Source: Candidatus Latescibacterota bacterium
GTDB taxonomy: Bacteria; Latescibacterota; UBA2968
DNA: 64,000 nucleotides
Assembly: GCA_965204375.1 (NCBI GenBank)
Contig: OZ241986.1
Coordinates: 544,001 to 608,000, forward strand
Direction of reading: 5' to 3'
The notes below the pieces were generated by a model that saw only the letters and a list, made by a program, of their open reading frames with translations, did no database searches and was not told the DNA's origin. The position numbers were made by a program, and so were the translations under genes. This document shows positions 9,904 through 20,640 of this stretch, in pieces (position 1 is the first letter of the stretch; every line of letters begins with the position of its first letter).

Positions 9904-11295
9904 TCAAGGCCTAATAGTGTTCGTCCCATCTGCAAATTCATACAGAAGCGCAACCGCCGACTTCTCGCATGCCCTCAGGCCCTCCACTTCGAAATACTCG
10001 TTAGGAGCGTGCAATAACCAGCCGTGACCGAGTCCCGACATCACAAAGGGCAGGTTCAATGGGGGCTCGCTGAACAACACCTGCGGAGCCGTTCCAGGTA
10101 ATATAGGCACAACGCCAGGCTCGGCGTCTAACCTTCTGAGGGCTCTAACGGCGGCTTGCGCGATATGCTCTTTCGGCGATGTTCTGGCCGGATCGTATCC
10201 GGTCACAAATCTCAGTTCAATATCATCATACCCATGCCGGTCCAGATGGGCGCGTACCTTGTCCAAAATCTCCTGGACAGTCATATCCGGCACCAGCCGG
10301 ATGTCTATTTTGCACATCGCTGAAGCCGGTACAATCGCCTTGGGTCCAGGCCCAGTGTAGCCGGACAGAAAGCCGTCGATATTCAGGCCAGGCGTAAAAA
10401 TCGCTTCCCTGACAAGGCCCAGGCCATCAAGCCCTTCACGGAATTCCGTAATACCGTACATCTCTTTGAAGGCGCTGGGGCCCCAGATATCGAGCAGGTC
10501 GGTGAGCATGCGCTCATCCTCCTCAGTGGGAGGCCGTACATTCTCATAAAAGCCATCAATCGCAATTCGGTCGTCGGCCCCGCGCATAGAATGAAGCGCC
10601 CAGATCAGCCGCCACACCGGGCTGTTGACCACAGGTCCGACCATGGAATGCGCATCGGTGGGAAGTGTTTTGACCGCCAGTTCAAAGTAAGCAATGCCTT
10701 TGAAACCCAGACTTACCTGCGGATGGCCTTTAACGGTCTCCAATGGGAGGTGGTAGTACATCGCATCGGCTGTCTTCAATTCATCTGTGTACTGCTCAAT
10801 AAACTGAGGCAGGTGCCGACTGCCCAATTCTTCCTCACCGTCTATGAGGAAAATGAGGTTGACGGGCACATCACCCGTGACGGCCTGAATGGAATGGACG
10901 GCGTGAATAAAAGCCATCAGAGGTCCCTTGGTGTTTATAGCACCCCGGGCAATGATACGGCCATCCACGATTCTTGCCTCGAAAGGAGGAGAATCCCATG
11001 CCTCCAGCGGATCTACCGGTTGGACGTCATACATGCCATATACCAGAAGGGTACGATCGCTGTTCCTTGACGTCAAGTGGCCGTACACGACGGGATGACC
11101 GCCTTTCAGAGGAACCAGCCTCGCGTCTGCACCCAGATCCCGCAGCATCTCTGCGGTCATTTCTGCACATTCCTGTATCCCCAAATTCTCCGTTGAGATG
11201 CTGGGTTGGCGAAGATAGCGTTGCGTAGCTGCCAGGTGATCGTCGAAATGTCGATCGACATATTCGAAAATCTGTTGAAGTGTATCCTCTGCCAT
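9904..11295 (-). CDS. M20/M25/M40 family metallo-hydrolase
   Basis: YDVQP, RGAINTKG, GEEE, HAPNE; start moved to MAEDT, which follows GGAGG. Confidence 0.9.
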   Translation of the reverse strand: MAEDTLQQIFEYVDRHFDDHLAATQRYLRQPSISTENLGIQECAEMTAEMLRDLGADARLVPLKGGHPVVYGHLTSRNSDRTLLVYGMYDVQPVDPLEAWDSPPFEARIVDGRIIARGAINTKGPLMAFIHAVHSIQAVTGDVPVNLIFLIDGEEELGSRHLPQFIEQYTDELKTADAMYYHLPLETVKGHPQVSLGFKGIAYFELAVKTLPTDAHSMVGPVVNSPVWRLIWALHSMRGADDRIAIDGFYENVRPPTEEDERMLTDLLDIWGPSAFKEMYGITEFREGLDGLGLVREAIFTPGLNIDGFLSGYTGPGPKAIVPASAMCKIDIRLVPDMTVQEILDKVRAHLDRHGYDDIELRFVTGYDPARTSPKEHIAQAAVRALRRLDAEPGVVPILPGTAPQVLFSEPPLNLPFVMSGLGHGWLLHAPNEYFEVEGLRACEKSAVALLYEFADGTNTIRP

Positions 11296-11312
11296 CTTTA
11301 ACGCCCTCCTGA

Positions 11313-12143
11313 TCAAATCTGCGGAGACATCTGGTCCTCCGACGCATGCTCTGTCGGCAGGTAATCGCATGTCCCCCGGCCACCATCCACCAGGATAACC
11401 TCGCCGGTGATAAATCGCGCGGCTGAGGACGCCAGAAATACAACGATCCCGGCGATATCCTCTGGTTCCCCGATATGCCCGAGGGCAACGCGCTCGGCCT
11501 GTGCCTTTTCAGCATCGGACGTGAGCGTATCACCCCAAATGTCGGTCCGAATCGCACCGGGTGCCACGGCATTGACCGTAATTCCATACTGCCCCAGATC
11601 TCGGGCGCAGCACCGGGTAAAGGCCTCCATCGCTCCCTTGGAGGCGCTGTAGGCGGCTCTTGCAATCCAGCCCAGGCGGGCGTTGAGCGAACTGATGTTG
11701 ATGATCCGTCCACCGCCCCCGGCATCGATCATAACCCGAGCCGCGATTTGCGTGCAGAGAAAGCACCCCCGGGCGTTCACCGCAAATGTTCGCTCCCAAT
11801 CGGCATCGGTCGTATCGAGTACAGAACCGGCGACATCGATACCGGCGTTGTTGACCAGGATATCGACACCGCCAAAACGTTGAACTACTGCCTGGATCAT
11901 GGCCTCCACCGCTGTGCGATCCGATACATCGGCCTGGATCGCCATAGCCTGTCCTCCATCCCGTTCAATCTCGATCACAGCACTTTTGGCCGCCTGAGCA
12001 TGGGCGGCGTAGTTGACCACCACCGCCGCATCCTGACGCGCCAGTTCGCGGGAGATCGCCCGGCCGATTCCTCGTCCTCCGCCGGTCACCACGGCAATGC
12101 GATCTTTTAGGCTATAAATAGGGGCAGCGTGGTCGTTCTCCAT
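11313..12143 (-). CDS. SDR family NAD(P)-dependent oxidoreductase
   Basis: TGGGRGIG, NNAG, YSASK catalytic motif. Confidence 0.95.
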   Translation of the reverse strand: MENDHAAPIYSLKDRIAVVTGGGRGIGRAISRELARQDAAVVVNYAAHAQAAKSAVIEIERDGGQAMAIQADVSDRTAVEAMIQAVVQRFGGVDILVNNAGIDVAGSVLDTTDADWERTFAVNARGCFLCTQIAARVMIDAGGGGRIINISSLNARLGWIARAAYSASKGAMEAFTRCCARDLGQYGITVNAVAPGAIRTDIWGDTLTSDAEKAQAERVALGHIGEPEDIAGIVVFLASSAARFITGEVILVDGGRGTCDYLPTEHASEDQMSPQI

Positions 12144-12268
12144 AATGAATCCTTCAAAAAAAACTGGCGTCCCTTGGATATCCGTTTAATTCAAGAATAC
12201 GGTCAAGGACCACCAGAAAAAAATGAGGACAAAAGATAGAATGAAACACGAGACCGGTCCGCAAAATC

Positions 12269-12306
12269 AACGCCGGGGGTTTGGACCTCCTCATGCCCCC
12301 GGCGTT
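12269..12306. terminator. GC-rich hairpin downstream of the PorV-like gene
   Basis: AACGCCGGGGG...CCCCCGGCGTT 11-bp inverted repeat; U-tract is weak. Confidence 0.5.
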
Positions 12307-12327
12307 AGGCATACCATTACAGATGCC

Positions 12328-13272
12328 TCAGAACGTTCCGTTCACCGTGAATCTCAAAGGTGCGTTGAAGAATTTGCTATGAGTATAAGCAATATCTACA
12401 CTTAGCGATGCGGCACCGAAAGCCCGCTTGAGTCCGGCACCGACGCTGAAATCCTCGGCGTCGTAATTCCACTTGTATCCCCCTCTCAGTGCCAGTGTAT
12501 TGGCCAACCACAACTCAGCACCCATGTGAACGCGTCCTTCGTAATCAATCGCAAACACGTTCTCGGCTGAAAGTGTCAGGTAAGTGGGATCTCCCACCTT
12601 CCCGATCACCTCCATGGCCCCGGCGATTGTGTAAACCACCGGCATAAAAGCGCTCTCTGCGATAACGGTGTTGTCCTGCCCGAAGTTCTTCAGGGTCATC
12701 GCCAACCGGAAAGACTGGAAACCAGTGTAGAAAAGCGTACCGACGCTGGCGTCAAAAGTACTGTTCGAATCGTCGAACAGGGACTCTTGAAGGTACCTGA
12801 AGTTTGCGCCGAAAGAGAGTCTATCGGTGAACTGGTAGGCATAGGCAACGCCAAGCGCGATGTCGTCCCCCTCCACCATTTTGCCGGTGCCTGTGGGTTC
12901 GAAAATGGTCGTTTCCTCAAATGGCTTCGTCCGGAACGATACCATGCTGACCCCGAAGACTGAAGCACCGATACGATAGGCCACAGCGCCCGAGTAGAGT
13001 TTTGAATCGGCAAACCAGCGATTATAAGAAAAGGTATATGCAGCTCTCTCGATGTGGGTCAGACCGGCCGGATTCCAGAAGATGCTATTGATATCGTTAG
13101 AAATGGCCATATACGCAGACCCCATCGCCACAGGGCGAGCCGATTGGCCGATCTTCACAAAGTTGAATCCGGTCGTACCCAGTTTCTTGAAGATGGCCTC
13201 TGCATCCACGGCCAGAAGCGGCCCCATCAGTGCGGCCAAAGTGGCTATCCACAGAATTCGTCTCATTCTCAT
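12328..13272 (-). CDS. PorV/PorQ family outer-membrane beta-barrel
   Basis: Signal peptide, KIGQSARPVAMG, SIFWNPAGL, C-terminal Phe. Confidence 0.85.
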   Translation of the reverse strand: MRMRRILWIATLAALMGPLLAVDAEAIFKKLGTTGFNFVKIGQSARPVAMGSAYMAISNDINSIFWNPAGLTHIERAAYTFSYNRWFADSKLYSGAVAYRIGASVFGVSMVSFRTKPFEETTIFEPTGTGKMVEGDDIALGVAYAYQFTDRLSFGANFRYLQESLFDDSNSTFDASVGTLFYTGFQSFRLAMTLKNFGQDNTVIAESAFMPVVYTIAGAMEVIGKVGDPTYLTLSAENVFAIDYEGRVHMGAELWLANTLALRGGYKWNYDAEDFSVGAGLKRAFGAASLSVDIAYTHSKFFNAPLRFTVNGTF

Positions 13273-13294
13273 GCCTCCTTTCATGGTCGCACGG

Positions 13295-15511
13295 TTATTT
13301 GACAATCATAAAAGTCCCTGTCTTCTTCTCGCCCTCGCTTCCCGGCATCAGCGACTCCACCACGAAGAAATACTTCCCCGTCGAGACCTTCGACGCGAAA
13401 TTTAGCACCACCTGATTCCAACTCGTCTCTCCCCGAATCGGGGACCTTGTCCGCACCGGGTTGTCCACCACCGCGACCAGATCTCCGGAGACGGTAAAGA
13501 TCGAGATCTTGCACCTTCGGGGCACATTCACAAACCGGATCTCTTCGCTACCACCCGGGTAGCGGTGGATGTCGTCGAGTCTGAACGGGTTGGGTACCAC
13601 AATCACCGGATCCTCGAATCGATCTTTCTTATCGGAGGCCACCACAAATGGTACGCTTTGCAGGTGCGTCCTCGTCTCAGGCGCGCCGTGTCCGCTCTCC
13701 AGGGAAGGGATTGCCATCCCTGTGCCGTTCCAGTCGGCGTGCCCAGTGTCGTAGCTTCGGACGGAGTACCAGTAGCTGAACCCCGCGAGCGAGGAGGCAT
13801 CCTTGTAGCTGTGCGTGCCAGTCGAGAGTTCCACCAGAAGCTCCCAGGGCCCCATGGACGTGTGCTCAGACCTGTAGATTCGGTAGCCGGCTACATCCCG
13901 CGCCTCAGGGGCTCCCGCATAGTCGGGGTCTTCGGCGGTCTCTGCGTCAGCAGACCAGGATAGCAGGTTGTTCCCGTCCTCGTCGCTTTCCACCGTGAAT
14001 CTGATGTCGGGCGGCGCGTCCGGGATATCGTAGTTGTTGGCGTAGGCAAACCGGGCCCGATCCAGGTGCTGAGCCAGTGCCCGTTCGCCGTCGGGCAACT
14101 GAGCCTGGGCGCCTGGTTGTCTGCTCCATCCAAAAATGTCCACTGTTCCCCCCGAGCTTGCAAATTCGGCTCCGGTGCCGGCCACCCAGGCCACCACGAC
14201 CTTGGCCTTGTCGCCGGGCCCCAGATCGTAGGGCCCATAGGTCTGGGCGAAGCCCATGGTCATAAGCTCTGTAGGGTTATCCTGGGGGTGCTTTGGCGAG
14301 ACGGGGCGCGTCCCCTGCCCGGTCATCTCCAGGTAGATCTCCTCGTCGGACATAGGATGCTCCGGCGTATCGATGTCGTCCAGGCTGCGGATTTGCCACC
14401 AGAAGGGATAGGACGGCTGGTCGGGATTCTTCGGTGCTACATAGACCTCGTCGTCCTGGGCGAATCCGTCGGTCGGATCGGCGTCTAACAGGGCCAGCCC
14501 GATATACTGAAATGCCCGGAGTTGCCCTTCTTTGAGGAGGCCGGAGTTTCGGACATTGCCCGGGGCCTCGGCCAGCCGGGCAGGCTCTCCCGTGTCATCG
14601 GCCTGGTCAAAGGGGTAGTCACCGTCATAGACGTACTGGATCTTTTTTCCCCTCAGATCCGCGTGGCCATCAAAATTGGGCGCTTCGCTGTATTTGAACC
14701 AGTCGTCCTGCACCCGGGTGCTCACATCCTCCCAGCCACTGGTCCAGCCCTCCCACATGTGCCCTGCCCGGGAGACTCTGGGCAGATTGAAAAATGAAAG
14801 GTAGGTATCGTTCAACTGTTTTGTTCCGGTATTCTCCAGAATGACCTCTTGAATGATGAAGTCGTCGTAGTCCGGGTAGCCCCACGCCTTGGCTTTTCTG
14901 GTCACGACAATCCCGGTTTCGGTGCCCCACTGCGTAATCAGGATTTCCTCGGGTTGGGTATCGTTGGGAATGTACCGGTTGTAATCGTAGTTGTGGATCT
15001 CCGTTACATCGTTGACCACTGGCGGTGCTCCTGGCCAGTAATTGGCCGTCACCGCGCCAGTGAATGGGGAGACGGTCCGCACCCCCAGGTCTTTCTCCGG
15101 ACCGGTGGAGGCATCGTAGGTCATCGGCACGATATCCTCTGTGACGATCCGGGGGTTGGACATCGACACATTGTAGAAGCCGTTCTCGTCCTTTGTCAGC
15201 ACATAGATCCCCTCTCCTTGGCTGGTGTGGGTCGAACGGTCCGCAAAGTCGATGCTCTCTTTAACTGCCCAATGATCTTCAAAGTCCCCTTCCAAAATGG
15301 GAGCACCGGGATACATCAGGCCCGCGTCCCACAGCCTCGTCCAGCTCCTGGTCATGCCCTCGGTCTTACCCTGGATGCCGTTGCTGCGATAGCCCGACCA
15401 GAGCAGCCCCCGGGTCAGGTTCCGCATCGGCGCAGCCTGTGCCCAAAGGTTACACGGCAGGAACAACAGCGAAAGCACCACAGGCCAGAAGCCTATTCTC
15501 ACTATTCGCAT
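13295..15511 (-). CDS. Secreted protein with fibronectin-III-like segment and T9SS/FlgD-like C-terminal domain
   Basis: Signal peptide; GYRIYRS...YWYSVRSYD (FN3-like); C-terminus VVPNPF...IRFVNVP...IFTVSGDLV...STGKYFFVV...FMIVK. Confidence 0.7.
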   Translation of the reverse strand: MRIVRIGFWPVVLSLLFLPCNLWAQAAPMRNLTRGLLWSGYRSNGIQGKTEGMTRSWTRLWDAGLMYPGAPILEGDFEDHWAVKESIDFADRSTHTSQGEGIYVLTKDENGFYNVSMSNPRIVTEDIVPMTYDASTGPEKDLGVRTVSPFTGAVTANYWPGAPPVVNDVTEIHNYDYNRYIPNDTQPEEILITQWGTETGIVVTRKAKAWGYPDYDDFIIQEVILENTGTKQLNDTYLSFFNLPRVSRAGHMWEGWTSGWEDVSTRVQDDWFKYSEAPNFDGHADLRGKKIQYVYDGDYPFDQADDTGEPARLAEAPGNVRNSGLLKEGQLRAFQYIGLALLDADPTDGFAQDDEVYVAPKNPDQPSYPFWWQIRSLDDIDTPEHPMSDEEIYLEMTGQGTRPVSPKHPQDNPTELMTMGFAQTYGPYDLGPGDKAKVVVAWVAGTGAEFASSGGTVDIFGWSRQPGAQAQLPDGERALAQHLDRARFAYANNYDIPDAPPDIRFTVESDEDGNNLLSWSADAETAEDPDYAGAPEARDVAGYRIYRSEHTSMGPWELLVELSTGTHSYKDASSLAGFSYWYSVRSYDTGHADWNGTGMAIPSLESGHGAPETRTHLQSVPFVVASDKKDRFEDPVIVVPNPFRLDDIHRYPGGSEEIRFVNVPRRCKISIFTVSGDLVAVVDNPVRTRSPIRGETSWNQVVLNFASKVSTGKYFFVVESLMPGSEGEKKTGTFMIVK

Positions 15512-15540
15512 CTTGAAACCTCCTTGTGATAATAAGGAGC

Positions 15541-15583
15541 GTCTGGGATTGGGCCACAGCCTGTGTCCACCTCAATCCCAGAC
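15541..15583. other. Intergenic inverted repeat (possible mRNA-stabilising hairpin)
   Basis: GTCTGGGATTG...CAATCCCAGAC between the TonB receptor and the cargo gene. Confidence 0.5.
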
Positions 15584-15611
15584 CCTGAGATATAAAAACA
15601 GGGTTGACCCG

Positions 15612-18600
15612 TCAGAAGGACACCATCACCCCCAGCTCGATCTCCCTTGGGAACCCGGCATACCGGCTCAGTTCTCCAGTGTCGCCGAACTGTTTGTACT
15701 TGCCGCTATCGGGCCTGGGCCGATCCAGACCGTTTTTCCACCAGTCCACAGCCGGCCTGGGCTGTAGATCGCGCTGGTTAAACAGGTTCCTGACGTTGAA
15801 ATAGAGTGTAGGACGCACCTGGTTGCGGATCTGGAACCGCTTCACAAAGGCCAGGTCGGTCCGGGTATGCATAGGTCCGAACCACCACTTCGGTGGCTCG
15901 CCAGGCAGTGCGAATCGCCTGGCCCTCCCTTCCTGCATCCGATAGACCATCGTGACGCTGATGTCGCCCCACACTGGTCCATAGTCCGTCGGCGAGTGAT
16001 ACATAAACACCACCGATCCGAAACCCGGCCGTTCGGTCCCAAAGGTCCCCTGGGCTGTGTTCCGTCCCCTGGGATTCACATTAAACTGTTTGTAGGACCA
16101 CATGCCTGGCCAATCCTCCATTTCTTTGATCTCGGATTCCTTCAGCGGGTCGTAGTCCGCCGCCGTGCCATTCTGGATGGCCCGGAGCCGTTCGTTGGCT
16201 CGATGGCCGAATTCCTGGATCTCATCGGCGGTCAGCAGCACCGGCACTTCCGCTCCGGAATCGCTGCTGTTCACCTGCCCGTCTCCATTGGTGTCCCGGG
16301 AGTGGGTCACATAGTAGTTGGATCCGCTGGCGACCCAGTTCGAGTCGGGCACAAAGTAGGTCCGCCACCACCCGGACTGGCGTGCGGCCGACACCCACTG
16401 CTTATTGTACGAAACCAGAAATGCGAACCCGTGGCTGAGATTCTTTCTCAGTGACAGCTCGATGCCCCGGACGTCCTCATAGGAGTTGTTCCTCCAGTCG
16501 GCTCCACCGCGCTGGGGAGCCTGCTTCTGCGGGTCCCACCAGTAGCTGTTGCCGTAGAAGAACTGATCCGTCCCGCTCTTGTAGAAGACCGTCAGAGAAC
16601 TGATGTAGTCCCCGACAAAGTTCCAGTCGGTCCCGACCTCAAAGCTGGTGGTCGTTTCATACTTAATGTGGTTCCAGAATCCGGACCAGTCCCTCGAGTC
16701 CGACTGGTTCCCGATCTCTGTCGGGTCGATCTGCCCGTTGTTGTTGAAATCCGCTGCCCGGGCCCGACTGACCCACCCATACTGAGCGATGTACCATGTG
16801 GAGGGCAACTGGCGGAACACCCCGAAGGAGTAGCGGATTGTAGCTCTGTCGGTGATCGGGTGTGAGACCCCGACACGGGGACTCCAGGCCTGCAAGGCCT
16901 CGGCATCCACCAGGGGGATGAGCTGTTGGCGCGTCCACGATTTGGTCATCGGGGCCATCGACCAGAGTCCGTGTTCGCCCTGAGGCACCTGGGTGCCCCA
17001 ATCCAGCCGGTCATAGCGAGCACCCACGTTCAGGACCAGCCCGTGAAACTCCATCTTGTCCTGGATGTACCAGGATGACTGGATGGGTTCCCACGGCGTA
17101 TCCCTGGTATATGGCTTCCCTGCCACGCGCAGGGCAAAACTCGTCATACTCCGCCAGCGTTCCCATACGGTCAGCACCTTGTCGAACGCGACTTCGAAGC
17201 CGCTCTTGACGAAGTGCCCCTTTGTGATCTGGCTGGAGAAATCGAGTTTAAAGTTGACCCGTTCTCGCTTCGTAAGCTGATACTCGGTTCTCGTCGAGGG
17301 AGCGGCCGTGAAGTAGCCGTCCGCGTCCCGGCGAATGTCCTCGGTAACGCCTTCTCCGTATTGATCTACCGGTACGTTGGTGGTGTCCTGGTTATCCCGG
17401 AAAAAGGAAAGTTTCGCCTCGTAAAATGTCTTGGGCGTCAGGATGTGGGTCAGGGACACATAGGTCAGATCGTTTTTATACTTGACCTGCCCGGAGCCAC
17501 TTCCCTCCGGGAGAAAGACGTCGCGGCCCAACTGCCTTCTGGCACCTGACCCTCCCCAGTAGCTTCCGGAACGGCCATAGATGCCCCCCACGCCCATCTT
17601 GAACTTTGAACGCACGTTTCCGGTCAGTTTGTAGGAGGCCTCGATGTTGCCAGGAGAGGCAACCCAACCCGATTTACGGTCTGGGTAGAGGTAGAAGCCG
17701 CGCTGTTTGCCCTCTGGAAATACCGCCGCCAACCCCCGATACCTGGCAGAAGTAAAAAAGGAGGCATTTTCGACCACCGGTCCGGATAGAGTTCCCTCTA
17801 TGCGGTGGCCGATCACGCCGGTGTAGTCGATCCGCTCGTGCACCCTCCGTCCGGTCACCGGGTCGGTCTCTCCCGTCCAGTTCGAATCGTTCCACTTCAT
17901 CTTATCTTCATAATAGGGGCTGTCATAGACATTGCTGCCCCAGTGCTTCTTTCCAGCCGGATTTAACAGGTAATCCAGGCTGCCGTTAAAGTCCTTGCTC
18001 CCCTCCTTTGTCACAATGTTGACAACACCCGCCTGGGCGTTGCCGAACTCGGCCTCCATCCCGCCTGTAACCACGGCGAGTTCCTGAACAGCACTGGCAT
18101 TGACGCCCTGAAAATTTCGGCTGGCGTGCGACCGCCGCTCCACATTGACTGCAGACATCGGTACGCCATCGACGTAATAAACCACGTCACTGCTCCCGGA
18201 GCCAGATGACGACGTGTCTCCACCCCGGATAGAGGTGTCTCCGTCCAGACCGACTCCGGCCAGGAGTTCAAGCACCTGTTCAGTGTCCTTGACGAGGGGA
18301 GCGACTTCCTCGACGTTGGAGTTATCCAGGATGTATTTTGTGGTTGTCCTGTCCGGCTCCACTGGGGGCCGCTCAGCAACGACCACGATTGCGGCCATCT
18401 CCAGGGCAGTCTCCTTCAGGGTAAAATCTACAGTCGTCGTAAAATCAGCGGTGGCCTGGACGTCCGTCTTGGAAATCTGGTCGTAGCCGATCATGGATGC
18501 CGTCAGCGTGTAGGTCCCCGGATTCACCAGCAAGATCAAGTAGTCCCCATCTGGTCCTGTTGTGGTACCCTGTGAGGTGCCTTCGATGATTACATTTGCC

Positions 18601-18743
18601 CCGGGCAACGCCTGACCGTTGCTATCTACGATCTGCCCCTTGATCTTCCCCGTAGTCCCGGCAACCGCCTGCTGGGAGGTCGCCGAGAACAGCAGCAGAA
18701 AGGCGAGCAGCCCTACAATCCAGAAAACACGATCACTCTTCAT
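15612..18743 (-). CDS. TonB-dependent receptor with N-terminal carboxypeptidase-regulatory-like domain
   Basis: GTTGKIKG...LPGANV, plug motif TGGMEAEFGNAQAGVVNIVTK, YIQDKMEF, VRNLFN, terminal F. Confidence 0.92.
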   Translation of the reverse strand: MKSDRVFWIVGLLAFLLLFSATSQQAVAGTTGKIKGQIVDSNGQALPGANVIIEGTSQGTTTGPDGDYLILLVNPGTYTLTASMIGYDQISKTDVQATADFTTTVDFTLKETALEMAAIVVVAERPPVEPDRTTTKYILDNSNVEEVAPLVKDTEQVLELLAGVGLDGDTSIRGGDTSSSGSGSSDVVYYVDGVPMSAVNVERRSHASRNFQGVNASAVQELAVVTGGMEAEFGNAQAGVVNIVTKEGSKDFNGSLDYLLNPAGKKHWGSNVYDSPYYEDKMKWNDSNWTGETDPVTGRRVHERIDYTGVIGHRIEGTLSGPVVENASFFTSARYRGLAAVFPEGKQRGFYLYPDRKSGWVASPGNIEASYKLTGNVRSKFKMGVGGIYGRSGSYWGGSGARRQLGRDVFLPEGSGSGQVKYKNDLTYVSLTHILTPKTFYEAKLSFFRDNQDTTNVPVDQYGEGVTEDIRRDADGYFTAAPSTRTEYQLTKRERVNFKLDFSSQITKGHFVKSGFEVAFDKVLTVWERWRSMTSFALRVAGKPYTRDTPWEPIQSSWYIQDKMEFHGLVLNVGARYDRLDWGTQVPQGEHGLWSMAPMTKSWTRQQLIPLVDAEALQAWSPRVGVSHPITDRATIRYSFGVFRQLPSTWYIAQYGWVSRARAADFNNNGQIDPTEIGNQSDSRDWSGFWNHIKYETTTSFEVGTDWNFVGDYISSLTVFYKSGTDQFFYGNSYWWDPQKQAPQRGGADWRNNSYEDVRGIELSLRKNLSHGFAFLVSYNKQWVSAARQSGWWRTYFVPDSNWVASGSNYYVTHSRDTNGDGQVNSSDSGAEVPVLLTADEIQEFGHRANERLRAIQNGTAADYDPLKESEIKEMEDWPGMWSYKQFNVNPRGRNTAQGTFGTERPGFGSVVFMYHSPTDYGPVWGDISVTMVYRMQEGRARRFALPGEPPKWWFGPMHTRTDLAFVKRFQIRNQVRPTLYFNVRNLFNQRDLQPRPAVDWWKNGLDRPRPDSGKYKQFGDTGELSRYAGFPREIELGVMVSF

Positions 18744-18773
18744 ATTCTTCTCCTTTTATTAACAGGTTCTGGA

Positions 18774-19469
18774 TCACATATAAAACTTCACTCCAGCCCC
18801 GATGTCGAACAAGTGAAACGGATGGGTCCTTTTCACACCCCAATTCAGGAAGGGCCTGAGTTCCCCAACGATCACATTGTAACTCACACGGAGGTCCAGG
18901 GCAGCCTTCGGTCCCAAGAAGATCTGCATCCCTGCCCCTCCGCTTACACCCAGCGCTGTCCGCGTATCGTCGATCGCCTCCAGGAGCAGGGTCTGATCCA
19001 GCGTGGCCCCCCCTTGTTCGGGAAAGATGAGTCCGCTCACCTTAGAATGGTAGTTGTGAAATCCGGCCCCAACGGTAAGATAGGGAACGCTTCCTTCGCC
19101 TTCGAACTTCTTATCCTTCAAGGCGAAAAGCCAGTTGACCACCAGGCTGTTGAAGGTCATATCGGACTTGGCCTGTGGACTTGTGTAATCCCTTCCATCC
19201 TTGAAACGAAATGTCCGCTCCTCAAGACTGCCGCCCGCAAACTTCGAGTAATAATACTCCACTTCCACGATCCGTGCCGAACTGGTTATAAAGTGTGCAG
19301 CGGCCCCGAGCTTGAACCCTTCGGTGTACATATCCCTGAAGTTAAACAGCGGCGAATAAAGCTCGGCGAACACGCCGAACCCCCCTCTGTGGCCCTCTTC
19401 CTGAGCCACAGCAAAAGCCGTGGGCGACAACACCCACAAAAGAATCCATAAACCCATGATCCTTCTCAT
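18774..19469 (-). CDS. Small outer-membrane beta-barrel protein
   Basis: Signal peptide, PYLTVGAG, amphipathic strands, ends GAGVKFYM. Confidence 0.75.
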   Translation of the reverse strand: MRRIMGLWILLWVLSPTAFAVAQEEGHRGGFGVFAELYSPLFNFRDMYTEGFKLGAAAHFITSSARIVEVEYYYSKFAGGSLEERTFRFKDGRDYTSPQAKSDMTFNSLVVNWLFALKDKKFEGEGSVPYLTVGAGFHNYHSKVSGLIFPEQGGATLDQTLLLEAIDDTRTALGVSGGAGMQIFLGPKAALDLRVSYNVIVGELRPFLNWGVKRTHPFHLFDIGAGVKFYM

Positions 19470-19518
19470 AAAAACCTCCTTTGAGATACGCAGTCATTCT
19501 TCGACCAACCTGCTCGTC

Positions 19519-20640
19519 TCAGATGATCTCCCTTTCCGGACCCAGCCGATTGTAAAACTGGGGGATATAGACCTTCCGGCCCCCCTCGTTGATCGAGATT
19601 AGCGAACTGATTGCCGCAGCGCAGCTCTTTGCCGCTTCATAGACGTTGATAAATGGCAGTCTGTCGTCTAAAATCGCATCTACGAAGTCGCGGCAGTTGT
19701 GGTACGTACCGCCGCCGTGACCGGTTCTTTTGGCAACCTCGGCATCCAGTTCGAGCCCCATCAACTCCAGGGGCTCAATCTCTCCGGGGAGCCCGCCTTC
19801 TTCCTGTGCATACGCAATCCCGAGTACCCCGTTTTGCCGATCTCCTTCAACGGCTGCCCTGGTGCCGTATAGCGACTTGTAGAGGTTGCAGCCGGGCCAG
19901 GCCATTGCTTTGCAACAGGCAACCTTTACCGTCACCCCACCTGTCGTCCTGAAAATCGCCGTCTCCCAGTCGTTGACTGTCCGATATGGCGAGTAAATGC
20001 GGTTTCCCAGCCCGACCACCTCGGTGAAATCCTGCCCGATGATCCAGCGGATGTCGTCGATCGCGTGAATGCCGCCGCCGGAAGAGATGCTCTCCTGCGT
20101 CGTCGTACCGAACCCGTCCCGCCAGGTCTTCTTTCCATCTCTTACAAACAGGTACACCAGACTGTGTGTATATTCAGACTCGGCGTAGCATACCTCGCCG
20201 ATTGTGCCTTCCTTTACCAGCCGTCTCAGGGTGATCGTGCGTGGATCCCAACGGCTGTTCTGCTCCATGGCCAGCTTCAGGCCCGTTCGCTCTACCGCCT
20301 TGACGATCTCCATGCACTGGTGCAGCTTGTCGGCATTCTCCACCATCGGAATGGTCGTCAGGATGTGCTTTCCCGCCTCCAGGGCCGCCAGACACTCATC
20401 TCCGTGGCGAAAACCCGGCGTGCCCGTGCAGATGAAGTCCACGTCCTGGTCGGCCAGCAGGTCCCCGTAGTCTGTATAGACTCTGGGCACCCCGTATTCC
20501 CTGGCCAACTGGTTCGCCTTTTCCTCGTCTATATCGCACACCGCAGCGACATCCACTTCGTCGATGTAGTCGTGGAATGTCCTCAGATGCGACTCTCCGA
20601 ATCCAAGCCCCACGATCCCTGCCTTCAAGGTAGCCATCAA
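19519..20640 (-). CDS. Gfo/Idh/MocA family oxidoreductase
   Basis: AGIVGLGFG, GTPGFRH, AGKHIL; paralogous to 6571-7809. Confidence 0.9.
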   Translation of the reverse strand: MMATLKAGIVGLGFGESHLRTFHDYIDEVDVAAVCDIDEEKANQLAREYGVPRVYTDYGDLLADQDVDFICTGTPGFRHGDECLAALEAGKHILTTIPMVENADKLHQCMEIVKAVERTGLKLAMEQNSRWDPRTITLRRLVKEGTIGEVCYAESEYTHSLVYLFVRDGKKTWRDGFGTTTQESISSGGGIHAIDDIRWIIGQDFTEVVGLGNRIYSPYRTVNDWETAIFRTTGGVTVKVACCKAMAWPGCNLYKSLYGTRAAVEGDRQNGVLGIAYAQEEGGLPGEIEPLELMGLELDAEVAKRTGHGGGTYHNCRDFVDAILDDRLPFINVYEAAKSCAAAISSLISINEGGRKVYIPQFYNRLGPEREII

